Origin: Camelus ferus
Taxonomy: Eukaryota
Length of the DNA: 64,000 nt
Reading direction: 5' to 3'
Assembly: GCF_009834535.1 (NCBI RefSeq)
Contig: NC_045696.1
Span: 116,314,001 to 116,378,000, forward strand
Below, one piece after another: positions 62,314 to 64,000 of this stretch. Each line of letters opens with the position of its first letter. Position 1 is the stretch's first letter. A program made the translations under genes and the position numbers. The notes beneath the pieces are model-generated. The model saw nothing but the letters and a program-made list of their open reading frames with translations. It ran no database searches and had not been told where the DNA came from.

Positions 62314-63554
62314 GTTCCCGGGGTGCGGGCGGCGGGGGCCGGCCTCTCTCCGGGGCCGGGCTGGGCCCCCCACCCCGGCTGTTTCCCGCTGCCCGCGGGG
62401 CGTGCGCCCCCCACCCCGCGCCCAGCACCCGGCGCTCGCCCGCCAGGGGGCGAGGCCAAGCCCGGGAGGAGGGGGACAGGGAGGGGGAGGGGTGGGGGTA
62501 GGGGCCGGAGCCCAGGCACCTGCTGGCCGCCTCCGTCTCCGCAGCCCCCACCCAACGCCGACCCCGCCGAGGGTGGGGGCGCGGGGCGCGGGGCGAGGCT
62601 CCCATCATTGGTTCCCCCCTCTATTCCACCGTCTCTTGGAACCAAGACAACTTCCTCCACCCTAGCGGGAGCCAGAGGAAAAAAAAATATTTTTGAAAAG
62701 TACCCGTCCATGCTAATCCTTTTCTTTGTTGCTAATTCGCCGAAATAAAGGCGTGATGTTTTCTGTTTCTCTTTTTAGATACTTTTCGGTCCAACGTCTT
62801 TCTTTTAATTAAGAACGCTTTCTCCCTCTAAGCAATTTCTGAATCCCATCTGCCAGAGAAAGGGAAAGACTGTTGATCAATATTTTTTGTCATTTGTTTG
62901 AAAGTGCTGGCTGGTAAAAGAACGGTTGTCCGAAAACCCCTGTCAGAATGAAAACTACGCGCAGTGGTAAAAGTTTGTCCATCGGGCTCATCTCTGCAGG
63001 GTGGAATTACAACCTTGCTTCTTTCTTTCCTATAACGTTCCATAGTTTTCAAAATTGATATCACCAGCATGCATATTAACCATGAAAAAAATTAAGCCGC
63101 GTCCAAAAGAATGTGTTGATTTTGGCCTCAAACTTAAAAACAAAACAAAAAACTCAACTCAGCGTTTTCAACTTTGTTGAAACTGTTGAAAACTGTCTTT
63201 TTCATTGTTGATGACGAGGAGGGGGGTGTTTAGAAGGCACGTCTCTGTTTATCATTTGAAAGTTGTGCACCTTTGATCTGCCTGTCTAAAGCAGGTTTTA
63301 CAGCCCAGCGCTCTATCTCAGGACCCTTCACAAGTGCCCTGCTTTTGTCATATGGGTCATAATTTTTACATAATATGGATCATAATGTGCGTATTATCAA
63401 ATTTTTTGCATGCTGTCTAGCTCACCCTCAACTCCGGCTAGAAATGCCCTCAGGAATGTGCTTTTCTCTGAAAACATTCCCCTTCCCGTCCCATTTTGTT
63501 CCGGTTAATTTTCTCTATCCCTTTTCTAGATTCTCTTATGTTCTTTTGACTTTT

Positions 63555-63653
63555 TAAAATCTACATTATTTTTTAATGGAGGTACTGGGGATTGAACCCA
63601 GAAACTTGTGCATGCTAAGCATGCACTCCACTACTGAGCTACACCCACCCCCC
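63555..63653 (-). mobile_element. tRNA-Ala-derived SINE upstream of promoter
   Basis: Head, TSD TCTTTTGACTTTT. Confidence 0.85.
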
Positions 63654-64000
63654 TCTTTTGACTTTTAATGCAGAATGGTATGTAAAAGTGAACTTTTTTG
63701 TTTAAGTTTGTAGATCCCAACAGTGACGTTAGCATAAAAGGAAATAGCCTCTCCCAGCTTGAGTCCAGTTTCAAGGTTCGCCATCACAGACTCTCAGTTT
63801 CCTTCGGGCAGTTACTTGGGGCTTCCTTTCTTATCTTGATGTGCTTCACTTTATCACCCTTAGTCCCTCTGGCTCTACCGAGGGGTTTACCAATTTTTTT
63901 TTTTTCTTTCTTTTTTGCAATTCTCACTAAAGCAGAATGGGAGTCTTAACAGCTGAGATCCCATGAGCAAAGTCCAACATGATGTCAGCAGATATAGATA

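Larger units (their letters stand above)
60690..62650. promoter_or_regulatory. CpG island covering KAT2B promoter, 5' leader, exon 1 and start of intron 1
   Basis: Very high GC and CpG density, many GC boxes, CCAAT on minus strand (ATTGG 62607-62611), E2F-like TTTCCCGC 62382-62389, no TATA seen. Confidence 0.92.

Noticed and set aside
61964..62608. N-terminal extension of KAT2B from upstream starts
   Set aside because: An in-frame TGA at 61997-61999 blocks the 62608 ORF. The GTG at 61978 would add only 5 residues and has no support.
61330..62748. Long overlapping ORFs (200-392 aa) on both strands at the promoter
   Set aside because: Stop-codon scarcity in a CpG island. The products are low-complexity Gly/Pro/Arg/Ala, and only the exon 1 frame matches a known protein.
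899..63653. tRNA-Ala genes
   Set aside because: The tRNA-like heads carry SINE tails, poly(A), TSDs and scattered substitutions, so they are SINEs.

Overview
Mammalian genomic DNA, not prokaryotic. The window holds the 5' part of KAT2B (PCAF, lysine acetyltransferase 2B) on the minus strand: a CpG-island promoter and 5' leader (~60.7-62.65 kb) and coding exons 1-6 (294+127+146+93+182+192 = 1034 nt, GT-AG introns, phases join without stops). These encode the Gly/Pro/Ala-rich N-terminus and the Cys/His-containing PCAF N-terminal domain. Exon 7 onward lies beyond position 1. The introns are repeat-rich: about 19 tRNA-Ala-derived SINEs (Vic-1-like, suggesting a camelid; inference), many 5'-truncated L1s, six MER33-like DNA transposon fossils, three solo LTRs, MIR/L2 remnants and a U6 retrocopy. 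I found no convincing undescribed multi-gene system. The best leads are a single Arg-rich upstream ORF followed by a G-quadruplex-prone tract in the leader, two inverted L1 copies sharing an atypical 3' UTR, a MIR-derived minisatellite split by an L1, and inverted SINE pairs around exons. Repeat family names and most repeat boundaries are by eye from recalled consensus sequences and are approximate.
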